Of a stretch of 64,000 nt of DNA, positions 46,001 through 57,792 are shown one piece after another. Each line of letters begins with the position of its first letter. Within the stretch, counting starts at the first letter, position 1. Position numbers and translations under genes: made by a program. The stretch spans positions 23,712-87,711 of the forward strand of contig RHPI01003788.1 of assembly GCA_009103225.1 (NCBI GenBank), read 5' to 3'. The notes below the pieces were generated by a model. That model was not told the origin of the DNA. It was given only the letters and a program-made list of their open reading frames with translations, and made no database searches. The stretch comes from Chlorokybus atmophyticus. Its lineage: Eukaryota > Plantae > Mesostigma and Chlorokybus algae.

Positions 46001-49000
46001 GTTTCACGTGGCATTATTGCGGGCAATCAACGGCAGGCGCATGAGTGAAGGACAGCAGTCACGTACTCTGAAGCATGAGTATGCAGCACTGCGCATGTGT
46101 GGTGATCGCCCTAGATCATCCATTCACTTCCTGCCCCTCTTGCCAATCAATCCAAACAAACGCGAGCACCTGAAGTTGCCACTCGCAGAAATACAAGCCA
46201 AGGTGTTGGAACCCTCTAGCATGAGCAGCATGCTGATAGCTGAAGATCATAAGACATATGCACTCATTCTCGAAATTAAGGCATTGGAGCCAGGTTTCTG
46301 GGATTGGGTCCTTCCCATGATAGGTGACTGGCATGTGCGGTTCAATATGCAGCCTGTGGTGTTGAAGATCTTCTTTGACGCTGGTTTGAATTGCCTGGCC
46401 CCGAGTGCTGGCTTTGCCAGTTCTACAGCACGCAATGCTCTTGTGGACGGGAGGAACTGGAAACGCAACAACTCGTTCCTCATGCAGGGCTTCGAGGCTG
46501 TGTATCGTGCACAGCTTGAAGCGTTTGAGGCTTCTGCTCACTACTAGCGTCACCTAAAGAGGCAGATACTCAACACTTACCCAATCTCTGCAGAGAATGC
46601 AGCAATCAGTTACCACACAGAGTTTGTGGCCTATGGAGGTGCAAGAGCTGAGAGTCAGCACATGGGCGCTCTGGTGGCATTTTACACAACATGATTGCCT
46701 ACCTTATGTTACTTTGTACTTTGCCACCAGGACGAGTGATTGGCAGCTTCGTTGTGCATCCTTGAAGATGCTTGCACCTCTGGCCTTCGCCTGGGACATG
46801 CCACATTATCAGAGGGTGTTTAGCAGTCACCTGACTGACGTGCGCACTTGGCCTGCTAGTGTTTTGCAACTGCTTAGTGATGCGCACTTTGCAGTGTCCA
46901 TCAACGAGAGATGGGCTGCGAGCGTAGCTTGCGACGAGGCTCATGAAATGGTGATCAACCTTGACCTGAAGCAGTGCATCAGCAGGCCCAGCGAAAAGTA
47001 CCTGCGTCGCAAGACTCTGCACCAGACAACACGAGCTGCCAGCATGAAGAATTTGGACGCTCAAGTGCCACTACCTCCCAGACCACTCCCAGAGTGGGAT
47101 TACAAGCGGACACTCAGCGCAGTGGCACACATGACCGACACCATCAACAGTGCCGCTCACTTAATGGTTGAACATGACCAGGAGCTGCAGCACCTGGTGC
47201 GCGAGGTGGCCGCAGAACCTGGTGCTGCAGCTGACCTAGCGCGACATTACACACTTGGGATCGAGGGATTCAGGGTTTTCATATAAGACAAGTATTGCAA
47301 CAACCACGCCTACCTCCAGAACACATGACTGCGAGGTACCTGGACATACCTCAAGCATTCTTTACTGTGGAAGGTAACATGCGGAAGGGTAACAAGGCTG
47401 CATTTCTAGCCAAGCTTGCAGAGAGCAGGCCAGAAACCTGTGCTGAGCGCTTTCCCACCGGCATAAAGTGCTATATCACGGAGGGCATGTTTATCATACA
47501 ACAAGCGCCTGCAGACACCATCATTACCTATGGAGACTACCTGCAGTTGGTGAGAATACACCTGCGTCCTCGCTTCGCTGCTGATAGCATTCGGGAAGTG
47601 CGTATCGTATTTGATGACCCACGGCATGCAACAGGCGTCAAGTCAGCCTACAGGCTAGAAGAGACGCCACTTCTGTTAGTGACACAGACAGGATTGTGAT
47701 ACGATTAGAGAGGCATTGCGAGGGAGGTGGCGCCAGCTGCTGAACAACCGTAATGCCAAGCGCGCACTGTGCAGCCTGATCACCAAATACTTGCCACCTT
47801 GTGCGGCGCAGTGGTTGCGCAATGGCAAGAAACTTATCCTGGCTGGAGGGAGCGACCACCAAGAATATCAGCAAGGTGCTCGAGTTCTGCAACGCATTGA
47901 AGACGAAATTAGCATTAGCCAATTACTTCACTGGACTGCAATCACTGTGAAGCAAATAGTAGGGTGTGGTTCCATGCAGAGAACACACCTTGCAATCAGG
48001 TCATTATCTATTCACCTGACACGGACATTACAATAGTTATGTTGGCTGCTATGCAGCAAGGGCTACTGCAGTCCAAACAAGTCTCAGTGCAGACCAGCCT
48101 CGAGAGGGCCTCCTCCACACGTCCACATTTCATCCACCTCAACCCACTTCTACTGGGCCTGCGACAACAACCGCATATAAGACACACACCACGCCAAGCT
48201 GTGGGACATTACATCATGCTGTTTTTCGCTGCCACTGGCAGCGACTATACAAGCTACATTAAGGCATGGGAAAGGTGTGGCTCTGGCAAACAGTGGCAGG
48301 AACTGACGCAGACTTCATTTCAAGAGACATGGCACTGCAAACACCTGAAGCAATGCTGTTGCGCTTGCTGGATTGTGCTTACTTTCGGAAGCATGCAAGA
48401 CACTTCAAATGCCCCAGCCCAACAGCATTATTTCATGACACATGTGGTGCCCATGCCAGCAACTATGACATACATACACTCACCCTTTGGTTAGCAGCCA
48501 TCCACGATGCCACATGGCATACGATCTGGAAAGAAGAGGATAGAATGCCAACAGTAGATGCCATGTTATTCTACTGCAAGCGAGCATGCTGGGTGGTGAA
48601 GATGTGGCTGCAGGCTCCACGACAGCACCTGATGACAGCACCATTGTCAGAGAATGGTTTCACACAGCAAGACAACTTGTGGACGGCACAGCTAGACACA
48701 CCAGAGAACATGACAAGCGCTCGAGGACGGAGACTTCTTTTATTGAAGGGGTGTGGCTGTTCAAAGACGGCGTGCAGCAACAACCAATGTCGTTGCAAGC
48801 GTGCTGGGCTTCCCTGTTCTAACAGCTGCAAGTGCACGCAGTGCAACAACAGACACAAAGCAATTCCAGCACCACCACCACCAGTGGCACTGTCCATGCC
48901 CAGAATGCAGACACAAACCCAGTACCAAGACCGCATGTATAACCTTGATTCCTCGTCGTCCTGCAGCGATGAGGAAGACGAAACCCTTGAAGATAATGCA

Positions 49001-49932
49001 GAAGAGGAAGAACAAAACCCAGAACCAGAAGATGAGTATGCAGAAGACGACAGCGCTGCTCAGAGAGACTGGGAGACAAATGCAGCCAATGCCCAGGACT
49101 GGGTAGAAACCCTAGACCTTGAGGACTTAGACTGTTAGCACTAGAAATTGCTGATATGCAAGTGCTGCCAGCAGATGCTCATCCATGCAAAAGCGTTCAG
49201 TATGCAACACTGCATGAGCACCATCATGTGCCCCCCCCCCCCCCNNNNNNNNNNNNNNNNNNNNNNNNNNNNNNNNNNNNNNNNNNNNNNNNNNNNNNNN
49301 NNNNNNNNNCCCCCCCCCCCCCCCCCCCCTGTCACTTGTTTGCACAAATAACAACACATTATGCACAGTGCAAACTAACACATGCACGAAGGTCCGACTA
49401 TAGCCCTGCACAACCAACACACGTAGTACACGTAGTACACCTGCCTATAGCTGTCCCCCCCAAAGACAGGCCGACCGGGGGTACCCCGCATGGCCATAGC
49501 CGCCTACACCGCCGCCTCACCCAAAGCAACCACATACAGCCCAGCCGCCACCTACGCCGCCGCCGCCGCCACCAACAACGCGCGCAGCAACAACAAAGAC
49601 GACCCCAGCTATGGGCGACAGATTTCAAATTCTCCCAAGGCAGCAAGTCCTAACACGTTGTGCACGCGCTGGCACAGGACGTCACAACACATCACACAAT
49701 AACACGTGTAGAGCACGACGAGTCACAGATTGGCACACAATCACGCACACATCGTCACAATTGTGCACGCAGAGTCACACATGGCACATCACGTCATTTC
49801 ATGCATGCGCACACTCCGTCACATCACATCACACACAAAATCAATGTCACCAACGCAGCCCATGTCATTGAACGCATTGACACCGCCGATTAATAAATGC
49901 CAATGAAACCCTTCTGGGCCCACCGGCTGTTA
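43075..49932 (+). mobile_element. Academ (AcademX-like) DNA transposon, ~6.9 kb
   Basis: 24-bp TIRs TACCAGCCAGTGGGCCCAGAAGGG (43075-43098) and CCCTTCTGGGCCCACCGGCTGTTA (49909-49932; 2 mismatches). Subterminal TGTGA repeats lie on the left and TCACA repeats on the right. The DDE + XPG-like + Cys-rich finger architecture matches described AcademX proteins. No TSD was recognised, so the exact ends are uncertain by ~10 bp. Confidence 0.75.
43443..49138 (+). pseudogene. Academ-type protein: DDE transposase (DUF6589-like), XPG/FEN1-like nuclease, CXC Cys-rich finger, acidic tail
   Basis: SIDNLDF..GLHCTTTQ, IAEDHKTY, VLPMIGDWH, YFATRTSDWQLR..LAFAWDMPHY and VACDEAHEMVIN (transposase). ITEGMFIIQ, VRIVFDDP, CEANSRVWFHA, VIIYSPDTDI and ATGSDYTS..GMGK (PIN/XPG plus H3TH). 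CGCSKTACSNNQCRCKRAGLPCSNSCKCTQC (CXC finger). Multiple stops, frameshifts and introns. Confidence 0.8.
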
Positions 49933-50445
49933 CAGTACCCGGTAGCCTACAGGTATATCCTCGCACGGAAAGACAACACATCTGTGGTGGGTTCGCTGAG
50001 TGGTTCCCCTGGCAGGCATGTTCTCTTTGTCCAACGCTGGCTTAATGTTGAAGCGTGACGGGGGGGNNNNNNNNNNNNNNNNNNNNNNNNNNNNNNNNNN
50101 NNNNNNNNNNNNNNNNNNNNNNNNNNNNNNNNNNNNNNNNNNNNNNNNNNNNNNNNNNNNNNNNNNNNNNNNNNNNNNNNNNNNNNNNNNNNNNNNNNNN
50201 NNNNNNNNNNNNNNNNNNNNNNNNNNNNNNNNNNNNNNNNNNNNNNNNNNNNNNNNNNNNNNNNNNNNNNNNNNNNNNNNNNNNNNNNNNNNNNNNNNNN
50301 NNNNNNNNNNNNNNNNNNNNNNNNNNNNNNNNNNNNNNNNNNNNNNNNNNNNNNNNNNNNNNNNNNNNNNNNNNNNNNNNNNNNNNNNNNNNNNNNNNNN
50401 NNNNNNNNNNGGGGGCACTAGCAGCAAACCTCAAGGGGCTGCGGA

Positions 50446-51395
50446 GCATGCTTTCCGTCCTGTCCGTCTTCTCGGTCGGGGCGCGGGCGGCGGCGGCGAC
50501 GGCGGGGTGGGATCCGCTGCCGCTGGTGTTGAAGGTGATGGTGCTGGCGCTGATGGTGGCGCAGCCGGGAGCAGGGGGTGCATCTGGACTACGTGCCGCT
50601 GCTGTCAGGCGGTGGGGTCTGAGGGGGACGCGCAGAGGCTTGTGTGCGACATGGCCGTGGCGTCGGGGTACGGGGGCGACCCCGCCGCCGTCAAGATGCC
50701 CCTGAGGGTGGTGAACGTGTCTGCTGCCGGCAACCCCAGCGTGCAGATGCCGCCCTCCAACGCCGCCGACAAGAGCGGCACGGTGGCCTCCGCGTACGAG
50801 TGCGCCGCCGACCTGAGCACCTGCAACAACTTCGGCCAGGTCGAGGGGGCCGACAACACTTTCATCTATTTCGGCTACGGCGGCCACAGTAACCTCCGCG
50901 CCCTGCTGAGCAGCCCCCCGGCCACGTCCGTGGTGACCCTCAGCTGGTACTCTGGCGTGTCGCTAGGATCTTCGTCCAGGGCAGGGCGTTCACGTCCAAC
51001 GGCCAGACTTACGACGACCCCAAATACGCCCCGGCCAACCCACTCTTCCTGCACACTCAAGGTGAGGCGGTGCGCATCTCAGTCACTGGCAGTGTTTGTG
51101 GGGTTGTGCTCACAAGCGTTGCAGCGCGCACAGCAACAGCAGCTTTGGCAGCATGCAGCGCACATTGTATATATTAGTTTGACAGTGCTGCTACTCAACC
51201 CCTTCTCTTACCGTGACTGCTGACTTGACCTGTTCAGCTGAGTGCTTTCGGCGCAACGATGGCACTCCCTGCAGGTTCGCCAGTTCTCAGCCGGTGTATG
51301 CCAAAGTGGGGCCTGTGTGGTAGGTGGCAGCAAGCTGCATATGCTTGTTGTACAGCTTGACATGGTACTTGTAGCAGCACATGCAGCATGCATTC

Positions 51396-51429
<34 letters not shown>

Positions 51430-54400
51430 NNNNNNNNNNNNNNNNNNNNNNNNNNNNNNNNNNNNNNNNNNNNNNNNNNNNNNNNNNNNNNNNNNNNNNN
51501 NNNNNNNNNNNNNNNNNNNNNNNNNNNNNNNNNNNNNNNNNNNNNNNNNNNNNNNNNNNNNNNNNNNNNNNNNNNNNNNNNNNNNNNNNNNNNNNNNNNN
51601 NNNNNNNNNNNNNNNNNNNNNNNNNNNNNNNNNNNNNNNNNNNNNNNNNNNNNNNNNNNNNNNNNNNNNNNNNNNNNNNNNNNNNNNNNNNNNNNNNNNN
51701 NNNNNNNNNNNNNNNNNNNNNNNNNNNNNNNNNNNNNNNNNNNNNNNNNNNNNNNNNNNNNNNNNNNNNNNNNNNNNNNNNNNNNNNNNNNNNNNNNNNN
51801 NNNNNNNNNNNNNNNNNNNNNNNNNNNNNNNNNNNNNNNNNNNNNNNNNNNNNNNNNNNNNNNNNNNNNNNNNNNNNNNNNNNNNNNNNNNNNNNNNNNN
51901 NNNNNNNNNNNNNNNNNNNNNNNNNNNNNNNNNNNNNNNNNNNNNNNNNNNNNNNNNNNNNNNNNNNNNNNNNNNNNNNNNNNNNNNNNNNNNNNNNNNN
52001 NNNNNNNNNNNNNNNNNNNNNNNNNNNNNNNNNNNNNNNNNNNNNNNNNNNNNNNNNNNNNNNNNNNNNNNNNNNNNNNNNNNNNNNNNNNNNNNNNNNN
52101 NNNNNNNNNNNNNNNNNNNNNNNNNNNNNNNNNNNNNNNNNNNNNNNNNNNNNNNNNNNNNNNNNNNNNNNNNNNNNNNNNNNNNNNNNNNNNNNGGGAG
52201 GGAGGGGGGGAGGGAGGGAGAGAGGGAGAGAGAGAGAGGGCTGCTAGCGGCTAGCGCCTCATGGAATGTTTAGCTTACATCTCACAGTTGCTCTTTGTTG
52301 CCTGCAGGCGTTGCCGCCTTCTCCACCCTCCCCTCCCCCTCCTCCGCTGCTCCTCGACTATGTACCGGTGCCGTACGCTGGGGATGGTTACTTATGCGTG
52401 TGGAGGACAACCACCTTGTTTGGAGGCAGCACGCAGTACCTTGTATGCGATGTGGCCGGCGGAGCGGGCAGCGCCATGCAACTGACGGTGGCCGTCGTGA
52501 ACAACAACAATGCCCTCGTCAACATGCCCCTCTACAAGAGCAGCGACGGCACGGCTGCATATACACAAAACTGCACTCCTGATGCCTCCATATGCTCGAG
52601 CGGTGGGCCCTTCTGCGCCACAAATGGCCAGTACTGCACCAACGTTAACCTTATCAATGGCGGCTTCAACACCGTGGTTCTGCCCACCAATACCACAAGC
52701 GTGCGCTTTTCATCCATATCAGGAAAACCGTTTGAGATCTATCTTACCGCTCGACTCCCGAATGGTGGCGGTCCAGACCCCAACTACAACCCTGTCAAGC
52801 CATTTTTCATACGAGTCCAAGGTAGGTGCCATCATGGTGAGTTGTGTGCGGACAGCTGCAGGGGGCACAGGTGCATAGCACTTGCAGGTACTAATGCAGC
52901 TGCACTTGAGAGACAGCGGTTGGGGGAAAATGTTGTCATGTAAATAGTGTGTGAGTTTGGGAAGACGAGATTGAAGGGGAAGGCCGCGGGGGGGGGGGGA
53001 CAGCTATGTCATGTGCAACAGTACTAACGCACAGATGCACGCCGTGTGCTTCTTCCCCCCTTAGGTCAATGCTTCATGCGCAACGATGGCGCAGCATGTA
53101 CCCTTTCCAATGGACCTGGCTTATGCCAACGCCAGACCTGCGTGGTAGGTCACATGCATTATGCATGCAGCAGTCGGTGCTACACTAAGCTGTCTGTGCT
53201 GTACACACGGTGCATGCATGCGAGAGAGCGCGGGCAACAGTGACTGGTTGTGTCCTGCAGGTGCCTCCACCTCCACCTCCTCCTTCACCTCCTCCACCTC
53301 CTCCACCGTCGCTAGACTACATACCAGTAACCTATGCGGGTGACGGTTACGCGTGCGTGTGGAGGACAACCAGCCTGTTTGGAGGCAGCACACAGTACCT
53401 TGTGTGCGACGTGGCAGGCGGGGATGGCAGCGCCGCGCCGTTGACGCTGGCCGCGGTTGACGCCAATAGTAACAATGCCCTTGTGCATTTGCCGGTGTAC
53501 AACACAAATGATGGTAGCGGCACATGTTCGTACGCTCTGAACTGCACCCCAGACACCTCACCCTCGTGCCAGAGTAGTGGTGTTGTCTGCCCGGCAGATG
53601 GCAGGCTCTGCTCCAACTTCGGTGCCATCGATGGGTTTACCTCAATCGATGTGCCCTCCAACACCACCAATGTCCGCATAATATCCATATCAGGAGGCCC
53701 CTTCCAGGCCTACATAACCGCTCGGCTGCCGCATGGTGTTGCTGCCCCAAAATACAACCCCGCCAAGGCGTTCTTCATGCGTGTCCAAGGTCAGCCCCCT
53801 CCCCCCCCCCTCTTTTCGCTCTCTCGCCCACTTGCCTGTAGCTGACCTCTGTGCTGACAAGCTGCAGTAGTAGCTGATGGTATGGCTGTCATGCAGGCCC
53901 ATGCTTCAAACGTTCTGATGGAGCCAGCTACAATCTTGCCGGTGGCAGTGCTATCGGTCAGTGTCAAAGCCAGAACTGTTTGGTGAGCGGTTGCATGTGG
54001 TTGCTTCGCAATGCCTAGCTTGTCGGTTTAGCAGTTTGATCAGGCCGTTGTAGTTTGAAGCATTTTGCTTTGCTGTCTTTTCTTTGTTGTGCAGGCCTTC
54101 CCACCGCCTCCTCCATCACCTCCTCCTCCTACACCGCCCCCGTCTCCTAGCCCTCCACTACCACGGCCACCACCTCCGTCTCCTAGCCCTCCACCACACC
54201 CTCCCCCACCGAGGCCCCCGCCTCCACCAAGACCGCCTGCTCCGCCCCCTCCTCATCCCCTATCCCCTCCACCTCCTCCACGTCCACCACGTCCTCCGCC
54301 GCCCCCTCATCCCCCATCCCCTCCACCAAGTCCACGCCCCCCTCCCCCCCNNNNNNNNNNNNNNNNNNNNNNNNNNCCACACCCTCCCCCTCCCCCTCCC

Positions 54401-54628
54401 CCCGATGTGTGCGCCACTCAGCAGCCAGGGCGCTGGGACTGCAACGGAGACGCAGTCTACCTGCTGACCTCACTCTCAGGTGGGGTCGTCAATACCGCCG
54501 CCGCCTGCTGCTCACAGTGCCAGCAGACCTCCCAGTGCCTCCTGTGGTCCTATCTCTCAGGGTCCTCTTCTACTACTACTTGCGAGCTCTACACCCCCAC
54601 CAGCTCACCTTGCCTTACGTACAGCTAG
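50446..54628 (+). CDS. Probable extracellular Pro-rich (HRGP-like) modular protein: 3 x (~150-aa Cys-containing module + Cys4 mini-domain), Pro-rich stalk, PAN/Apple domain
   Basis: Phase-compatible GT-AG exons are 52308-52821, 53065-53144, 53261-53789, 53897-53982 and 54095 onward. Modules 2 and 3 align (LDY.PV.YAGDGY.CVWRTT.LFGGSTQYLVCDVAGG..YNP.K.FF.RVQG). The C-terminal WDCNGD..AAACCSQCQQTSQCLLWSY..CELY is PAN/Apple-like. The first module (50446-51319) has frame problems and adjacent gaps, so both ends are uncertain. Confidence 0.7.
51397..51429. repeat. (GA)n microsatellite running into a gap; continues at 52196-52240
   Basis: Directly visible. Confidence 0.9.
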
Positions 54629-56178
54629 CTCTGCACGGAGGCGGGGTGGGTTTCTGGCAAGCTATGATAGGGGTCTAAGTCATGCGATTGGTCACAAAGC
54701 GGTGGTAGGCTCTTGTGCCCTTGTTGGAGGACGTGTTAGTGCAGCTGAACAGAGCAGCAACCCTCAGGCTTGCGGAGGCTAGGCTAGCCTTTGCTGTGAT
54801 ACATGCTTGCACAAGCAAGTACGACCAACCAGTAGTCAGACTACGTACTCAAAGTTCAGTGTACTGAGTAAGTGTAAATAGAGCAGTTGTAGACTTCCGT
54901 TTGGCAACATTCGATGTTGCAATCTGACGGTAGTGTAGAATATATGCAATGGTGTGCATGTGTGACATTAGCGATCGCTAGAAGCTGCATGTACTGGTAC
55001 CATTGCTGCTTTTCCCTTCCTGCATGCCGCTCGCTCTCCAGGCCCAGCTACACACAACTTGAAGCCTAATCAAAGGATGAAGCCAGGAGATGTGGTCGGC
55101 AGGATGCATTGGCAGGCCGTATGCGTTGAGCAACAAAGGAAGTAGTGCTTTGCATTGTTAGTCACCCCTCCTTGACGTTTGCACAAAAGGCCCTGCGCTG
55201 CTGTGTGAGCGCATGCTTAGGGGTTGCACGCATGTGGGATTGAGTGTAGCCAAAGTACGGGTGCAGCTGCCAGCCACCTGTAGCCATTGTCTAGTCGACA
55301 ATACGGCAGCAATTGTGGATGTTGCTGCGTAAGTTATCAACTGAGTTGGGTTGGTCAGATGTGCTGACATCTGCAGAGTTTTGTGCGCTTTGTGTAACAT
55401 ATATGCAATGTTATGCATGTGACCAGTAGAAGGCCAGTTGTGCGAGCCTTTTGGTGTGATGTGGACAACTCTGCAGTGATACTGCTGCAGTTGCAATACT
55501 GCACTATGCACGCCGTGTTGAAAAAAGCATAAGCTGCTTTGGTAGTCAAGTGTACAAAAGATGGAGTGCTGATAAGACCGCATGCAAGGGGTCATAAGCA
55601 TGAGACATGCATGTAGTCATGCACACGCCGCAAGCAAACAGTCAGCAGCAGTCACAGTGCTATTTCACCACCGGGCTAGGTACTTCTAACGCACTCAACT
55701 ACCACTACTTGTGTGCAGTGCGATACACCAAAACAGTGACAGGCTGATCGCCCTGCGCATTTACAACACGCATGCATTTGGTCATACCATATACTGCTGC
55801 AGGTTGCTTGTTATCACTTCTGCCTGCAGACATTCGGTGTGCGGATTATGCGCCAATGCGCCAACTAACCAGCTACATCAACAACACGGGCCACTGCAGG
55901 CAGGGCACAGATGCACTGACTTTCAAGCACAGTCTTGCCACGTCATTTCAATTGTCTTCAGCTTGCCGCATTTGGCAAATCACTGGTTCATAGTCGACTC
56001 ATTGCTGCCGCAACCAAGGATTTGTCCTGTCCACATACACCAGACAGGTGGGTGAATCTGTTAGCTCCTCTGTTGACTGCTGTTGTCCTGGACGACATGG
56101 CTTTGCCAAGTACCCGCATGCAGGCAATCACCCACAAACCCAGCAGACTCGATGCAGAACGAGTTTGCTATATGTCAA

Positions 56179-56206
56179 TATTACTACTACTACTACTACT
56201 ACTACT
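56179..56206. repeat. (CTA)n / (TAC)n trinucleotide repeat
   Basis: TTACTACTACTACTACTACTACTACTAC. Confidence 0.85.
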
Positions 56207-57792
56207 CATCAAAGAATGGTATACCCATCCCTGAGTGCTTGCATGTGCAGTGATGTACGCAATAGAAGTAAGCATGGAAAGCTGCGGTGTAATTGCCCAT
56301 GTTATGTGTGGATGTGCATGCCAGGTACATCACGGTGTGCATGCTTCTGTGTGGTTGTGAGTGTGAGTGCAGGTAACACGCCCACACAGCTACACTCCAC
56401 CTGCTCGCTTGCTTCTCTCGTCTACTTGTACTCGCACACTCACGCGCATGATTCCTTCCACTTCTGCGATGTACATGTGATAGTCACTATCACATGCACG
56501 CCTACGTTCACACGTATCAGCGCTATTGGCGGAGGGTTGGTGGGGTCGTGCCTACTCAGACTGACTGTGACCCAAGCTCCAGCATGTGGCGACCATGCGC
56601 ACAATGAACATCATTTGACCATGCTGAGTGCTGCATGACAAGCAAGCAGGCAGGCGGTGGCATGCATCCAGTCGACTCAAGCCGAGAAAGGAAGGAAGAC
56701 AGTGACGCAGGCATGATAGCTTACCCGTGGTGCAAGTGCGTTTGCGGGAGTTGGCCCAAGGGCTACTACTACTCTCTTCAGCCACCACCCACGCAACCCG
56801 CCCGTGGTTGCCGCCGCCGCCGCCGCCATGTCACTTGGCCAGCGTCAAGAGTCATGCGCCTGGTAGCACAACACAGCGGGGAAGCGTGCCATGCTTGCAT
56901 TGGACGCTTCACTACCTATACATATATCTTGTATGAAGCTTGGCAACGCGTGCGGACACATGCATATGTGCCATTTCATCATCATGCATTGGTTTATGTG
57001 AAAACCGACTACCTGTTCTGCCACTATCTGACGCCCGCTGCTAGACCTACTAGGATTTACACTTACACTTGAAAGCTGTAGTCACAGCCCCGCAGTCAGT
57101 GGCAGAGAGCACAAGCGCCTTGCAGCGCCTGTGAGCTTGCACGCCGTTGTTGTGCCTGGTGAGGTTTACCATATAACAGTTTATACACAGCGAGAGATCA
57201 AGTGTTGAGCAAGCCGCATGGGTATACTGGTTTATCAGCAACGCGTGAAAACATCGATCACATAGACATTCAAGTTGAAGTCACGTCCCCCTGATCAAGT
57301 CCCGGCCAAGCTAGATGCTGGTAAGAGCAATGAGGATTTAGTTCTCACGACGAGCAGTACATGGGATGAAATCAATGCGCAACATAATGTGGCTGTGCAA
57401 CGTTGAGAGCGCACACTACTTGTACTATTCAAATATTGAAAGGCTCAGCCCAATGAGTGTTGCAGACGTGCCAAATGCTTCCTGTCAGCATATATGTGGA
57501 CCCATCCATGCAAAGCTGTGATTCTCAGTGTACAAGCTGCAAGCTCAAGAACCTCACACAGCCTGGTTGGCTGACCTACATCAGTGGTCATAGTGTACAA
57601 CTCTTGAAGGTGATACCATATCAGTGAAGAAACGCACAGCAGCTCGTCGCATTTCAAACACAGGCTGCGGACTGCCTGTGATACACTCTATATACTATGA
57701 TGCCACTATCACATTGATACTGTTCCACACCGTACTACGAGCTAACTCACACGAAAGAAAGACACGACTACTTTGTTGGCACAACTTCTTAC

